From an uncultured Candidatus Saccharibacteria bacterium (GTDB lineage: Bacteria > Patescibacteriota > Dojkabacteria > J137): a stretch of 64,000 bases of DNA. The notes beneath the pieces were generated by a model that had not been told where the DNA came from, ran no database searches, and saw nothing but the letters and a program-made list of their open reading frames with translations. The DNA lies in contig CAZLOI010000002.1 in the NCBI GenBank assembly GCA_964561155.1, positions 89,629 through 153,628 on the forward strand. The letters run 5' to 3'. Shown piece by piece: positions 18,883 through 29,806 of this stretch (position 1 is its first letter; each line of letters starts with the position of its first letter). The position numbers were made by a program, and so were the translations under genes.

Positions 18883-19616
18883 TGCATGTTCTTATGTAAA
18901 TCTATCTTATCGAGTTCTGTTTCAATTGAGTATTCCCCAAAGTCTATAATTACAATACCACCATTCTTAACTTCAATTTCTCCAGTTACAACCTGAGCTA
19001 TAGTCTCCCCTACAAACTCTGGACTCTGTGCCTTGCTGGCCTCCTCAGCCCCTCGTAGAGTGGCCTGCATCTGTGTATTAGTTCTACCAGGAACTATAGT
19101 AATAGCTTTAAGACTTGGATTCTCTAGAGCTACTGTTCCACTAAAGGATGTTAGTGCTGCCTTGCTTGAAGCATACACTGCCATGTTGTTGTAGCCATAT
19201 ACGTTAGACCTTGAAGCAATATTAAGAATCATACCAGAAGATCTCTCTTGCATTGAAGGCAGTACTGCTTGAATTAATTCGAATGGAGCCCTTACATTCA
19301 CTTTATATGCAAGATCCAAATCAGAAACACTTAGATTCTCAAAAGAATCTAGCTTGTGTACAACCCCAGCATTGTTGACAAGAACATCAATATTAGCATC
19401 TGAAATATATGTTCGAAGAGTTTGAATAAATTCTGGGTTAGATAAATCTCCTGAGAAACTCACTACATCTTTACATATAGGTTTTAATTCGGAAACAGAG
19501 GTATTTAACTTCTCTTCGTTCAGATCCACAAGAATTAATGTATTCAAAGAATTTGCTAGAGACTTAGCAATAGCTGCACCTATACCCTGAGCTGCACCAG
19601 TTATTAGAATGTTCAT
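18879..19616 (-). CDS. SDR-family oxidoreductase
   Basis: TGAAQGIGAAIA Rossmann motif and YASSKAAL catalytic YxxxK. Confidence 0.85.
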   Translation of the reverse strand: MNILITGAAQGIGAAIAKSLANSLNTLILVDLNEEKLNTSVSELKPICKDVVSFSGDLSNPEFIQTLRTYISDANIDVLVNNAGVVHKLDSFENLSVSDLDLAYKVNVRAPFELIQAVLPSMQERSSGMILNIASRSNVYGYNNMAVYASSKAALTSFSGTVALENPSLKAITIVPGRTNTQMQATLRGAEEASKAQSPEFVGETIAQVVTGEIEVKNGGIVIIDFGEYSIETELDKIDLHKNMH

Positions 19617-19663
19617 ATATTAAGAAATGATAATTAGGATATCTAAAGTTTATCACTAAAGCA

Positions 19664-22081
19664 TCAAATCTTCATTCTCTTTAACCTTAGAGAATTTCCA
19701 ACAACAGATACGCTACTAAATGCCATAGCAAGTCCTGCGAAGATTGGATTCAATAATATTCCAAAGAATGGATACAAAAGCCCTGCAGCCAATGGGATAC
19801 CAAAAATATTGTATGCAAATGCCCAGAACAGATTCTGTTTAATAGCGCGCATAGTAAACTTGGAAAGCTTTATAGCTTGAACAACTTTTGAAAGATCTCC
19901 TAAAAGCAGAGTAATCTCTGCAGATTCAATTGCAACATCTGTACCTGTTCCCATTGCAATTCCTACATCGGACTGGGATAGAGCAGGAGCATCGTTAATA
20001 CCATCTCCAAGCATTGCAACAATACTTCCGGTACTTTGAAGATCCTTAATCTTCTGAGCTTTCTCTTGAGGAAGTACTTCTGCAATCACTTCATCTATTC
20101 CAACCAAAGATGCAATATAGTTCGCAGTTCTTGTATTGTCACCAGTTAGCATAACAACCTTAATTCCAAGTTTATGTAACTCATTTATAGTTTCCTTTGC
20201 ATTCTCTTTTAGCGTATCTGCAACAGCAGCTATAGCCAGTACTTTGGAATCTGTTGCCAGAATTACCGGAGTCTTGCCTTGTTCAGCAAGTTTCAAAATT
20301 TTGTTTCTTTCAAACTGAATACCAAGTGAATCAATTAGCTTCTCATTTCCTGCATAGTATTTCATGCCTTCGATGCTTCCTTTCAAACCCATTCCCTCAA
20401 TTATTTCAAAACCTTCAACCTTTAGAATCTCTATCCCATCATTCCGAGCCTTTTTAAGGATCGCTTTGGCAATTGTATGTTCCGAATATTTCTCAAGCGA
20501 AGCAAGAAGCTTCAAACTATCAGAAATGCTTAACTCACTATCGACTACATTAATATCTGTAAGTTCAGGTTCACCTTTAGTTAATGTTCCTGTCTTGTCT
20601 GTTACTACTGTATTAACTAGATGAAGTTTTTCCAAACTCTCAGCATTTTTTATTAAGATACCATTTTCAGCACCTTTACCTGTACCAACAATTATTGCGG
20701 TCGGTGTTGCAAGTCCCAGAGCGCAAGGGCAAGCTATAACTAATACACCAACAAAACTCATAAGGCCAATGGAGAGTGCTTCTGTGAATGGCAGAAATTG
20801 AGAACCAAGGATAATCCAAGTGAATAAGGTAACCAACGATATTACTAAAACTGTTGGTACAAAGACAGCTGAGATCCTATCTGCAAGTCCTTGAATTGGT
20901 GCCTTGGATCCTTGTGCTTCATCTACCATACTGATAATTTGAGCAAGCAAAGTTTCTGAACCAACTTTTGTTGCCTTAAATTTAAAGGAACCTTGTTTGT
21001 TAATTGTTCCACCAATCACCTTGTCATCTATACCCTTATCAACTGGCATCGATTCACCTGTAATCATAGATTCATCAATTGAAGATGAGCCTTCTATTAT
21101 TACTCCATCTACAGCAATCTTTCCTCCTGGTTTAACAATCAACAAATCAGATACCAAAACTTCATCGATTGAAATTTCAATTTCCTTTCCATCTCTTTCA
21201 ACCAAAGCAGTCTTTGCTTGCAGGTTTAATAGTTTCTCTATAGCTTCTCCTGTTCGTAGCTTTGACTTTGTTTCAAGATATCTTCCGTAATATACAAAAC
21301 CAATTACAACAACGACTACATCGAAATACGTAGAAGAACTTAAACCCAAAGAATCTTTTATACTTGGAAACAGTACAATCAATGCACTATATATGTATGC
21401 AGTTAGCGTACCTATACCAATTAATGTATACATATTTGCAACTCTATATTTAGCAAATACCAATACTTCTTTGAGAAAATCGCGTCCAATCCAGAAAAGC
21501 ATAACAGTCGATACTATTAACAATACTCCTTGAAATATCTCATGAGGAATTGGAAACATTGGCAAAGTTGAAATAGCTTCCGCAGCTATTTCCCACAACA
21601 TCAAACCAAATACTATAAACGTAACTGGCAGTACAAAAAGAATCTTGTTTCTTTGATCTGCTAACTCTTTCAATTTGTCTTCCTTGGATTGCCCTATGCC
21701 AAGGTGAGCAGAGTGGTCCATAGAAGAATCTTTTGAATGATCCATATGTTCATGGTCCATATCTTCATTCTTCATTACAGATCCATCTGGCATTGTGTGA
21801 GTACCGTGATTCGCATGAACATTACTTTCATCACTTTCCTGAGCTTTACTAGATACAACAGCCTTCTTTTCAGCACCGTACAATGAATATCCGAATGGTT
21901 CAATATTCTTGCTTAGCTCAGAAACATTTGTAACCTCTGGATCAAATTCAATCTTCAACTTCTCATTTCCATAGTTAACCTCACAAGACGCTACTCCTTT
22001 GATCTCTTTCAATTTCCATTCAATAGTCTTTGCACAACTTGCACAATGCATTCCTTTTACAGCGATTGTTTGTTTCTCCAT
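19664..22081 (-). CDS. copA: copper-translocating P1B-type ATPase
   Basis: N-terminal HMA domain GMHCASCAKTIE; a His-rich stretch; CPCALGLATP; DKTGTLT; GDGINDAPAL. Confidence 0.95.
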   Translation of the reverse strand: MEKQTIAVKGMHCASCAKTIEWKLKEIKGVASCEVNYGNEKLKIEFDPEVTNVSELSKNIEPFGYSLYGAEKKAVVSSKAQESDESNVHANHGTHTMPDGSVMKNEDMDHEHMDHSKDSSMDHSAHLGIGQSKEDKLKELADQRNKILFVLPVTFIVFGLMLWEIAAEAISTLPMFPIPHEIFQGVLLIVSTVMLFWIGRDFLKEVLVFAKYRVANMYTLIGIGTLTAYIYSALIVLFPSIKDSLGLSSSTYFDVVVVVIGFVYYGRYLETKSKLRTGEAIEKLLNLQAKTALVERDGKEIEISIDEVLVSDLLIVKPGGKIAVDGVIIEGSSSIDESMITGESMPVDKGIDDKVIGGTINKQGSFKFKATKVGSETLLAQIISMVDEAQGSKAPIQGLADRISAVFVPTVLVISLVTLFTWIILGSQFLPFTEALSIGLMSFVGVLVIACPCALGLATPTAIIVGTGKGAENGILIKNAESLEKLHLVNTVVTDKTGTLTKGEPELTDINVVDSELSISDSLKLLASLEKYSEHTIAKAILKKARNDGIEILKVEGFEIIEGMGLKGSIEGMKYYAGNEKLIDSLGIQFERNKILKLAEQGKTPVILATDSKVLAIAAVADTLKENAKETINELHKLGIKVVMLTGDNTRTANYIASLVGIDEVIAEVLPQEKAQKIKDLQSTGSIVAMLGDGINDAPALSQSDVGIAMGTGTDVAIESAEITLLLGDLSKVVQAIKLSKFTMRAIKQNLFWAFAYNIFGIPLAAGLLYPFFGILLNPIFAGLAMAFSSVSVVGNSLRLKRMKI

Positions 22082-22153
22082 ACTTTAGTTCTAATATGTA
22101 GGTTGATAGATTCTGTTTTATATTTAGTATTAGTTTTTAGTAGTTTCTTAGTA

Positions 22154-22423
22154 TCATTTTAAATCCAATATTCTAACTAGCTCATCTATAGTTCTAGTCT
22201 TGTCTTCCTGTAATTTGTCTAATAGGCAATGATCCAGATGTCCTAGCAACAAATTCTTCTTTGATGAATTCAGAAGACCAATGCATGCATCAATCTGCTG
22301 AATAATATCTGGACAATAACTATTGTCTTCAACCATTCTTTGAACCTTAGCTAAAGTACCCGAAGCTTTTTTAATTGATAATAATGATTTAGCCTTTTCC
22401 GGAGTTATTTCCTTATCTTGCAT
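22154..22423 (-). CDS. csoR: CsoR-family copper-sensing transcriptional repressor
   Basis: 89 aa with the C-H-C metal triad context (YCPDI ... GHLDHC). It lies directly upstream of copA on the same strand. Confidence 0.75.
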   Translation of the reverse strand: MQDKEITPEKAKSLLSIKKASGTLAKVQRMVEDNSYCPDIIQQIDACIGLLNSSKKNLLLGHLDHCLLDKLQEDKTRTIDELVRILDLK

Positions 22424-22460
22424 AAAAGTAACAGAAATATATAGAATGTTATGTATAACG

Positions 22461-22476
22461 TATACCTATGGTATAG
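22461..22476. promoter_or_regulatory. candidate CsoR operator (inverted repeat TATACC-TAT-GGTATA)
   Basis: A perfect 6-bp inverted repeat with a 3-bp spacer 38 nt upstream of the csoR start. It resembles the known ATACC...GGTAT core of CsoR operators. Confidence 0.4.
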
Positions 22477-22586
22477 GTTACCTCTATAACTTTTAGAATT
22501 CAATAGCTTAATAATGTTTATTTTAATTTCTAGGTATATAATCAAATTATCCTCATCTAGAAAACAATATTTCTTAACACATATAT

Positions 22587-22943
22587 ATGGCTAAACCACA
22601 TCTACACATAAATATCGAGAAGGATACTCTCGGAAACACAAACTACAGAAAAGTTATATACACAGGATTTCTCCAACTTGTTCTAATGAAACTTAATGTA
22701 GGAGAAGAAATTGGAATGGAAGTACACGATACCCATGATCAATTTTTTAGAGTAGAACAAGGAGAAGCAAAAGCTATACTTGATGGAGTAGAAGTAATGG
22801 TTAAGGAAGATGAAGTACTAGTTGTACCTGCAGGAACAAACCACAATATAATAAATAGTGGAGACAAAGAACTAAAACTCTATACTATATATGCTCCATC
22901 CGAACACCCAGAGAACACAGTACAAGTTACAAAGCCTGAATGA
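22587..22943 (+). CDS. cupin-domain protein
   Basis: A small beta-barrel motif VLVVPAGTNHNIINSG...ELKLYTIYAP. Confidence 0.6.
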   Translation: MAKPHLHINIEKDTLGNTNYRKVIYTGFLQLVLMKLNVGEEIGMEVHDTHDQFFRVEQGEAKAILDGVEVMVKEDEVLVVPAGTNHNIINSGDKELKLYTIYAPSEHPENTVQVTKPE

Positions 22944-24052
22944 TAAAGCATAAGGTTGTATCGTTTCTATACAAAAATATACTTAAGAAAATATTCTTTA
23001 GGTTTGACCCAGAGAGTGTCCACGACAGGATGCTCTCTTCAGGTCACTTCCTAGGAAAGTATAGTCTTACTCGCTTCATTACAAGAAAAGCTTTCGCATA
23101 TCAAAACCCAATGCTTATTCAAAACATTGCAGGGTTAACATTTAATAATCCAGTGTGTCTTTCTGCAGGTTTTGATAAGAATGCAACACTTGTAGATATA
23201 CTTCCAGAAGTTGGATTTGGAGCAATGGAGCTTGGTTCTGTCACACTTAATTCGTACGAGGGAAACCCTAAGCCTAGATTATTTAGACTACCTAAATCCA
23301 AAGCATTGGTTGTGTACTACGGCCTTATGAATGTGGGAGTTAAAACATTTGTAGAAAGACTTAAAGCGTTTAAACAAACCAAAGCAATAGTTGGAATATC
23401 TGTAGCTAAGACAAATAGTACAGACACTTCTACAGAAGAAGGTGGAATATCTGACTACTACGAATGTTTAAAATATTTGGAATCAGAAAAAATTGGTGAT
23501 TTTTATACTATAAACATTTCTTGTCCCAATACGTTTGGTGGTGAACCATACACGACAGAAGAAAAACTAGAAAAGCTTTTAAAGAAAGTATCGGAATTAA
23601 ATATAAAGAAACCAACGTTTGTTAAGATGCCAATCAATCTATCTTTCGAAGAATTCGATACCCTACTTAAGGTGATAATAAAGTACAAGTTAACTGGAGT
23701 TGTAATAGGAAACCTAACCAAAGTACGTGATCCAGAATTAATTAAAGATGAAATACCAGAACACATAAAAGGTGGTATCAGTGGTCTTCCAACTCAGAAA
23801 CTAAACAACGATTTAATTTCATATACATACAAAAAATATGGTAAGGAACTAATCATTGTTGGAGTGGGAGGAATATTCTCTGCATCAGATGCATACGAAA
23901 AGATTAAAAGAGGAGCATCTTTTGTACAGTTAATAACAGGAATGATATTTGAAGGTCCACAGCTAATTGGAGAAATTAATCATGGGTTAACAAAGCTATT
24001 AAAGAAGGATGGTTACAGAAATATTTCAGAAGCTATAGGAACATTCAAATAG
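22940..24052 (+). CDS. pyrD: dihydroorotate dehydrogenase (quinone), class 2
   Basis: N-terminal membrane-association extension, then IAGLTFNNPVCLSAGFDKN, NISCPNT, GVVIGN and VGGI. Confidence 0.88.
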   Translation: MIKHKVVSFLYKNILKKIFFRFDPESVHDRMLSSGHFLGKYSLTRFITRKAFAYQNPMLIQNIAGLTFNNPVCLSAGFDKNATLVDILPEVGFGAMELGSVTLNSYEGNPKPRLFRLPKSKALVVYYGLMNVGVKTFVERLKAFKQTKAIVGISVAKTNSTDTSTEEGGISDYYECLKYLESEKIGDFYTINISCPNTFGGEPYTTEEKLEKLLKKVSELNIKKPTFVKMPINLSFEEFDTLLKVIIKYKLTGVVIGNLTKVRDPELIKDEIPEHIKGGISGLPTQKLNNDLISYTYKKYGKELIIVGVGGIFSASDAYEKIKRGASFVQLITGMIFEGPQLIGEINHGLTKLLKKDGYRNISEAIGTFK

Positions 24053-24070
24053 CTATGTAGATATAGTTAT

Positions 24071-24601
24071 CTATGTATTTATATGCCCATACCTGTTGTT
24101 TGTAGGATCTCTGAATAGGAATATCTTTGGTGGGTAAAACGTGAAGAGAGCAAACAATACAAATATAACTATACCTATAATCAACGCTACACTTTCAGAT
24201 ATAAATGTAGTCTTGCTTGATATCAACATAAACTCTATAAGATACCCTAAAGAAACGCTAAGGATAAATATCCCTATACTTAAAAGAACAACTTCCTTTT
24301 TTAAGACGAACCTAACTGGATAATATATCAGTGGAATAAGTATCATAGTACATATTGCACCTAATAGAGATGCTTCAAGTATATTTGGATAATCATTTCT
24401 TAAGACGATAGTTTGAACAAAGCATAGAAAGAGCATAGGCATAAAGGCAAGCTTTAAATGTTCCCAAGTACTTTCGTTAACTGCTGAAACAAAATGAACA
24501 AATATGCTCTTTGTATTTGGTTTATGAGTATAGTGAAGTGCGATTCCAATTATATTAGCAACAATTGCACAGAGAATAACTATTGTGATCATAGCTTCCA
24601 A
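24071..24601 (-). CDS. polytopic membrane protein
   Basis: Five to six hydrophobic segments. Confidence 0.4.
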   Translation of the reverse strand: MEAMITIVILCAIVANIIGIALHYTHKPNTKSIFVHFVSAVNESTWEHLKLAFMPMLFLCFVQTIVLRNDYPNILEASLLGAICTMILIPLIYYPVRFVLKKEVVLLSIGIFILSVSLGYLIEFMLISSKTTFISESVALIIGIVIFVLFALFTFYPPKIFLFRDPTNNRYGHINT

Positions 24602-24705
24602 ATAACAAGTACGATTAATGGATATTCTATACCTTAAGCTTAATCAATTAAATAGCTACTCCTATTCAATCTAGGAATGTATAATGCTTTAGTTATTAAA
24701 AACCT

Positions 24706-25494
24706 ATGCAAACAATAAAACTAGTGTCCTGGAACGTTAATGGTATTAGGGCAGCGTTAAAAAAAGGATTCATTGATTTTGTTCGAGAAGAAAATCCAGA
24801 CATACTTTGTTTACAGGAAACAAAGGCCATGAAAGGACAAGCAGAGATTGATCTACCTGAATATACAGAATATTGGAACTCTGCAGAAAGAAAAGGATAC
24901 TCAGGAACAGCAATCTTTACAAAAACACCTGCACTTTCTATAACAAATAACTTTGAAAGCACAGTATCGTTTAAAGATACCTATGGCGATGCAAATATAG
25001 AAGGAAGGGTTATAACCGCGGAATATGAAAAGTTCTACTTAGTTACAGTTTATACTCCAAACTCTAAAGGAGACCTATCAAGGCTTGATTTTAGACACAA
25101 GACTTGGGATCCAGCATTCTTGGATCATTTAAAGAAACTGGAGGAAACTAAACCAGTAATATATTGTGGTGATCTAAATGTTGCTCATGAAGAAATAGAC
25201 CTTGCTAGACCTAAAGACAATCATATGAGTCATGGATTTACAGATCAGGAAAGAGAAGGATTTACGAAACTAGTTACAAATGGCTTCACAGATACCTTTA
25301 GAATGTTTAACAAGGATGGTGGTAACTACACTTGGTGGAACCCAATGGGAGGAGCAAGAGAAAGAAATGTAGGCTGGAGAATCGACTACTTTGGAATATC
25401 AAAGAGTCTTGAAAGCAACGTTAAAGAAGCTTTCATTCGTCCTCAAGTTATGGGCTCGGATCATTGCCCAATTGGAATCGTAATTGAAGTATAA
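24706..25494 (+). CDS. xth: exodeoxyribonuclease III (AP endonuclease)
   Basis: LVSWNVNGIRA, ILCLQETK, GDLNVAHEEID and SDHCPI. Confidence 0.9.
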   Translation: MQTIKLVSWNVNGIRAALKKGFIDFVREENPDILCLQETKAMKGQAEIDLPEYTEYWNSAERKGYSGTAIFTKTPALSITNNFESTVSFKDTYGDANIEGRVITAEYEKFYLVTVYTPNSKGDLSRLDFRHKTWDPAFLDHLKKLEETKPVIYCGDLNVAHEEIDLARPKDNHMSHGFTDQEREGFTKLVTNGFTDTFRMFNKDGGNYTWWNPMGGARERNVGWRIDYFGISKSLESNVKEAFIRPQVMGSDHCPIGIVIEV

Positions 25495-26179
25495 TAAGCG
25501 AATGGACATTGGCGATATAGATTTCTTAAAGGCTACAGCATCAACAGGTGCAGGAGCATTCTTAAAACTTCCTAACGAAGAGATAGTAACTCTTCCTAAA
25601 TTCGAACAGCTAGGACAAATAGAAGTTGGAAAAGAATATCTTGTAATCCTATACCAGGACAAGATTACCTACGTAACCTACGCATCAGAAAGAATTGATG
25701 AGCACCTCTTCGAAAGAGCAAATCATATTGATTTCAAACTAGATCAAGAAGTAGAAGGAGTAGTATATGGCTTTACTCCGATGGGAGCAAAGGTTGCTAT
25801 AAATAGAACATACAAAGCATTCATCTTTGAAAACGATATACACCAAGACCTTTCAATTGGAGAAAGGCTCCTCTTTTACATTAAAGAAATACGACCAGAT
25901 GGAAAGATTGGATTGACTCTACGAAGATCCGGGTACAAAGGCTTTATCGAATCAACTACAGATCAAATATTACGAGCATTGAATGAAGCATCTGGAGAAC
26001 TACCATTCAACGACAATAGTAGTCCTGAAGAAATTAGCAAACAATTCAAAATGAGCAAAAAAGTCTTCAAGGAAACTATAGGCAAGCTATACAAGCTTAG
26101 AAAGATTGAAATAACAGATAATGGTATTAAGCTAATTCAGAATTCAGGTACCCCAAACAAAGAAACCAAAGTAAGTTGA
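25484..26179 (+). CDS. S1-domain nucleic-acid-binding protein (CvfB/YitL-like)
   Basis: S1-like barrel segments and a C-terminal winged-helix-like region. This is a weak call. Confidence 0.45.
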   Translation: MKYNKRMDIGDIDFLKATASTGAGAFLKLPNEEIVTLPKFEQLGQIEVGKEYLVILYQDKITYVTYASERIDEHLFERANHIDFKLDQEVEGVVYGFTPMGAKVAINRTYKAFIFENDIHQDLSIGERLLFYIKEIRPDGKIGLTLRRSGYKGFIESTTDQILRALNEASGELPFNDNSSPEEISKQFKMSKKVFKETIGKLYKLRKIEITDNGIKLIQNSGTPNKETKVS

Positions 26180-26760
26180 ACTGCTTTCTCGACATCATAT
26201 AAAACTAAGGCTGCCTCAATCTCTCTATAAAGATTCTTGATATGATCTTCATTGTAATCATCGTCCAAATTAACATGACCTACAAAATCCATAACCTTGG
26301 ATGGATCCGAATCAAATTCCGGTAATCTTTGTAGGAAGGTCTTAATACCAAATTGAAGTGTGTCAATATTCTGTAACTGGTCATGAATAAACTGCTCCTT
26401 CTCACTAAGTGCCAAATATTCCTCAGTTGTAAGATCTTCGTTGAAGTTGTAATACAATCCATCGATAATTGGAAGTTGCATAATTAATGAAAAAAGCCTG
26501 CTAGCAAAGAGCTCATTAAATTCCTGAATAACTCTATCGCTTATATCATTATCAGTTCGATTAGCTAATGAATCAGCAATGTAGCACCATTTGTCAGAGA
26601 AATCTCTTGTAGATATCGCTACCAAATCATCGCTTTTAAGATCAGTTCCTGCTGGAGGGAAGCGTGATAGTAGCTTGGTAATACAAACACCTACAAACAA
26701 ATCATCCAAATCACATTTGAATTCTGTTTCAGGTAGAAAGTCATTTATTTCAAGAACCAT
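26137..26760 (-). CDS. hypothetical protein
   Basis: An acidic 207 aa ORF. Confidence 0.35.
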   Translation of the reverse strand: MVLEINDFLPETEFKCDLDDLFVGVCITKLLSRFPPAGTDLKSDDLVAISTRDFSDKWCYIADSLANRTDNDISDRVIQEFNELFASRLFSLIMQLPIIDGLYYNFNEDLTTEEYLALSEKEQFIHDQLQNIDTLQFGIKTFLQRLPEFDSDPSKVMDFVGHVNLDDDYNEDHIKNLYREIEAALVLYDVEKAVQLTLVSLFGVPEF

Positions 26761-26906
26761 TTAAGAACAATAATTAACAGAGATTCTAACTACAAAATAC
26801 GAATTTGTAAAATAAGATCTAATCATACTAAGGCGACAACATCTTTAATCTAGCTTCCTTAATACCAATAAGCATAATCACTCGACTTTTGGTATAATGC
26901 AGGGCT

Positions 26907-28355
26907 ATGAATAATACAGAAACAATACTTAGATTTAGCAACGTATACTTTAGCTACAAGAACAAACCAATACTTATTGGAGCTAATTTTTCGATAAAGC
27001 GAGATTCTAAAGTAACGATAATAGGACAAAACGGAGCAGGAAAAAGCACCATCTTCAAACTTATAACAAAAGTTTTAAAACCAGATAGTGGTGATATATT
27101 CATGGAGAATGATGCGAGTGTTGGAATAGCATTGCAGATGGTACCTCATGAAAAACTTAATCTAAGTCTTCAGGAATTCTTTGAATCAGCATTTCTTGAG
27201 CCAAACTATGCAATTGGAAAAGATATTGCAAGGGTAATGGATGTAGTAAATCTAGATCTACCATTAGACAAGAAAGTAAAAGATCTATCTGGTGGACAAA
27301 AGGCTAGACTATTACTTGCTTATGCAATTATTCAAGATCCAGATATCTTGCTACTTGATGAACCTACAAACAATCTCGACCACGCTGGAATAGATCATTT
27401 AACAATGTTTCTAATTAACTATCCAAAGACTGTTATCGTAATATCCCACGATGCAGACTTCCTAAACTCATTTACAGATGGAGTTCTAAACCTGGACGTA
27501 CATACAAAATCAGTTGAGCAGTATCAAGGTAACTACTATGATCTACTAGATCAAATTGAAATACGACTTGAGAAGGATAGGATGCAGAATGCTCGAATGC
27601 AAAAGGCAATTACCGAGAACTGGGAGAAAGTGAACTTCTTTAAAAACAAAAGTGCACAAATGAACAAACTTGCTAACAAGCTAGAAGCAAAGGTAGAAGA
27701 AGCTAAAGAGAACATGGTTGAAGCAAGACAAGAAGACAAAACAATAAAGAGCTTTGTAATTGAAGAACAGCATATACCAAGACTAGCAGCTGAATTAAAG
27801 TCCGTTACTTTCTTGAGAGATGGTAATCCAACTACTAAACCTGTTGAGATTAGACTTAGAAAAGGAGATCGATTGCTTCTTGCAGGACCAAATGGAATAG
27901 GAAAGAGCACGTTACTTAAATCTATGTTGGAGGGAACAGCAGAAGGAACATACATAGATTCCGATACAAGAATTGGATACTATAGCCAGGACTTTTCAGA
28001 ACTAAACTTTGAAGATACTGTGCAAAAGACTTTGCTTGATGTAATGCCTGAAAAGAATATGAAGGATTTATATGCAACAGCTTCAGCTTTTCTAATAACA
28101 AGCGATATGATGCAAAATCAAGTTGGAACTCTTTCAGAAGGTCAAAAAGGTCTTCTTTGCTATGCAAGGTTTGTTCTACAGAAACCTGGAATATTAATAA
28201 TGGATGAACCAACTAATCACATTAACTTTAGACATCTTCCAGTTATAGCCCAGGCTTTGGTTGATTACAAAGGAGCCATGATTATAATCTCCCACGATGC
28301 TGGTTTTGTTAAGCAGCTAGGGATCGACGATGTTCTTGATTTAGGAAGGCTTTAA
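26907..28355 (+). CDS. ABC-F family ATPase (tandem nucleotide-binding domains, no transmembrane domain)
   Basis: Two Walker A motifs (GQNGAGKST, GPNGIGKST), two signature motifs (LSGGQKARL, LSEGQKGLL) and a charged inter-domain linker. Confidence 0.8.
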   Translation: MNNTETILRFSNVYFSYKNKPILIGANFSIKRDSKVTIIGQNGAGKSTIFKLITKVLKPDSGDIFMENDASVGIALQMVPHEKLNLSLQEFFESAFLEPNYAIGKDIARVMDVVNLDLPLDKKVKDLSGGQKARLLLAYAIIQDPDILLLDEPTNNLDHAGIDHLTMFLINYPKTVIVISHDADFLNSFTDGVLNLDVHTKSVEQYQGNYYDLLDQIEIRLEKDRMQNARMQKAITENWEKVNFFKNKSAQMNKLANKLEAKVEEAKENMVEARQEDKTIKSFVIEEQHIPRLAAELKSVTFLRDGNPTTKPVEIRLRKGDRLLLAGPNGIGKSTLLKSMLEGTAEGTYIDSDTRIGYYSQDFSELNFEDTVQKTLLDVMPEKNMKDLYATASAFLITSDMMQNQVGTLSEGQKGLLCYARFVLQKPGILIMDEPTNHINFRHLPVIAQALVDYKGAMIIISHDAGFVKQLGIDDVLDLGRL

Positions 28356-28416
28356 TTTCCCCTAGTTTATATTATAATAAATAGCAATTAGCTAACCTAT
28401 TTGTTATATCTATCAA

Positions 28417-28719
28417 ATGCCTCCAGAAGAATTCCCAGATTCAGAAAAATTTATATTACAACCAGGAGATTTCGAAGACTATGCAGATGTAGACGATGCA
28501 AGAGCTTCGATAAGGTTTGCAAGGTTACCTGATGGAGAGGTTGCAGTGATAGGAGACCTTGATCTTTATGGTTTGAATCACAACACTGCAGTTGAAGCTA
28601 TTATGCCCTACGAAGAATATCTTAAATTCTATAACTCTATTACCATAGAAACTCCATCAACCGTGATCATGGCAAAGCTAAGGGAGTACATAACTCCTAA
28701 AACAGAGGTCGAATCTTAA
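28417..28719 (+). CDS. hypothetical protein
   Basis: A 100 aa ORF. Confidence 0.3.
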   Translation: MPPEEFPDSEKFILQPGDFEDYADVDDARASIRFARLPDGEVAVIGDLDLYGLNHNTAVEAIMPYEEYLKFYNSITIETPSTVIMAKLREYITPKTEVES

Positions 28720-28791
28720 ATTTAAGGCTAAGAAGCGCCATTCAGGAGTATCAATTTACAAGTCCTTCTTGGAATGTAGTAAAATAGCCCT

Positions 28792-29730
28792 ATGAACGAC
28801 AGAATATTGGCACTCCTACGTAGAGTATTACAAACAAAGGATCCTAACCTGAGCTTTTCAAAAGTTAATGAAGATAACGTAACGTTGGTATACAAGATAC
28901 TAAATGGGAAAGATACATTGTATTTAAAGATGGCTGAGGAAAGGGACGAAATGATATCCCCACAAATACTTGCACACGAACTACTTCTAAAAAGAGATAT
29001 ACGGGTACCTAGATTTGTTTCTTGGGATGATATGAATGCAACTCTTGGAAGATCATATATGATCGTAAAAGAGATGCCAGGAATATCTTTAAACAAGCTT
29101 CGAAAGACAGACAAAGCAATGTTTGATTCATGCGTTGAACAGGTCCTAATCGAAGCTGGTAGAGATATTTCTAAGCTTGCCACTATCTCAACAAAAGGCT
29201 ACGGCTTTATTAAAAGAGACAAGAAAAAAACTAAAGAACTAATTGGTGAATATGATTCATACAAAGGATATCTTCTAGACAAGTTGGAGAAGAAAGTATC
29301 AGATCTTAAAAACTTTGGATTTGAAACATTTAGTGAAGATGAATTAGAGAAGTTTAAGATGTTTGTATACAAGTACATCGATGAAGAGAAACCAATACTG
29401 GCCCACGGAGATCTAGATATGAATCATATCTATGTAAACAACGGTAGGTATTCAGGAATTATAGATTGGGGAGATATTAGATCAACAGGAAGACTCTACG
29501 ATATAGCATTGTTCTCTGCAATTCATCCAGAGTATCAAGAAGCAATACTAACTGGTTTTAAAGAATTCGCAAGACTTGGTAAAGAGTTTGAAAAGGAACT
29601 AGTATTGTTAAGAGCTAGTATATGTATCCACAGACTATGGTGGATAGCCAAGAATCAGAATGCAAAGTTCCAAAATCACCCATTACAAGCAGTTCTTCTA
29701 AAAGATATAGAGACGATTAAAACTTTCTAG
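28792..29730 (+). CDS. aminoglycoside-phosphotransferase (APH)-fold kinase
   Basis: Catalytic loop AHGDLDMNHIYV and IDWGD. Confidence 0.7.
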   Translation: MNDRILALLRRVLQTKDPNLSFSKVNEDNVTLVYKILNGKDTLYLKMAEERDEMISPQILAHELLLKRDIRVPRFVSWDDMNATLGRSYMIVKEMPGISLNKLRKTDKAMFDSCVEQVLIEAGRDISKLATISTKGYGFIKRDKKKTKELIGEYDSYKGYLLDKLEKKVSDLKNFGFETFSEDELEKFKMFVYKYIDEEKPILAHGDLDMNHIYVNNGRYSGIIDWGDIRSTGRLYDIALFSAIHPEYQEAILTGFKEFARLGKEFEKELVLLRASICIHRLWWIAKNQNAKFQNHPLQAVLLKDIETIKTF

Positions 29731-29806
29731 TATCTTTTTAAAATCACTTCTAAACACATCTCTAAAAGCGAATATTGTGTATAATCCAGGGAATTAATAC
29801 AATCGT

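Noticed and set aside
20136-21290. Several 60-100 aa ORFs on the opposite strand inside copA (and similar ones inside pyrG, the subtilase, wzt, korA and others)
   Set aside because: They are fully embedded antisense to long, well-supported genes and have low-complexity Ser/Ile-rich translations typical of AT-rich antisense frames, so they are spurious.
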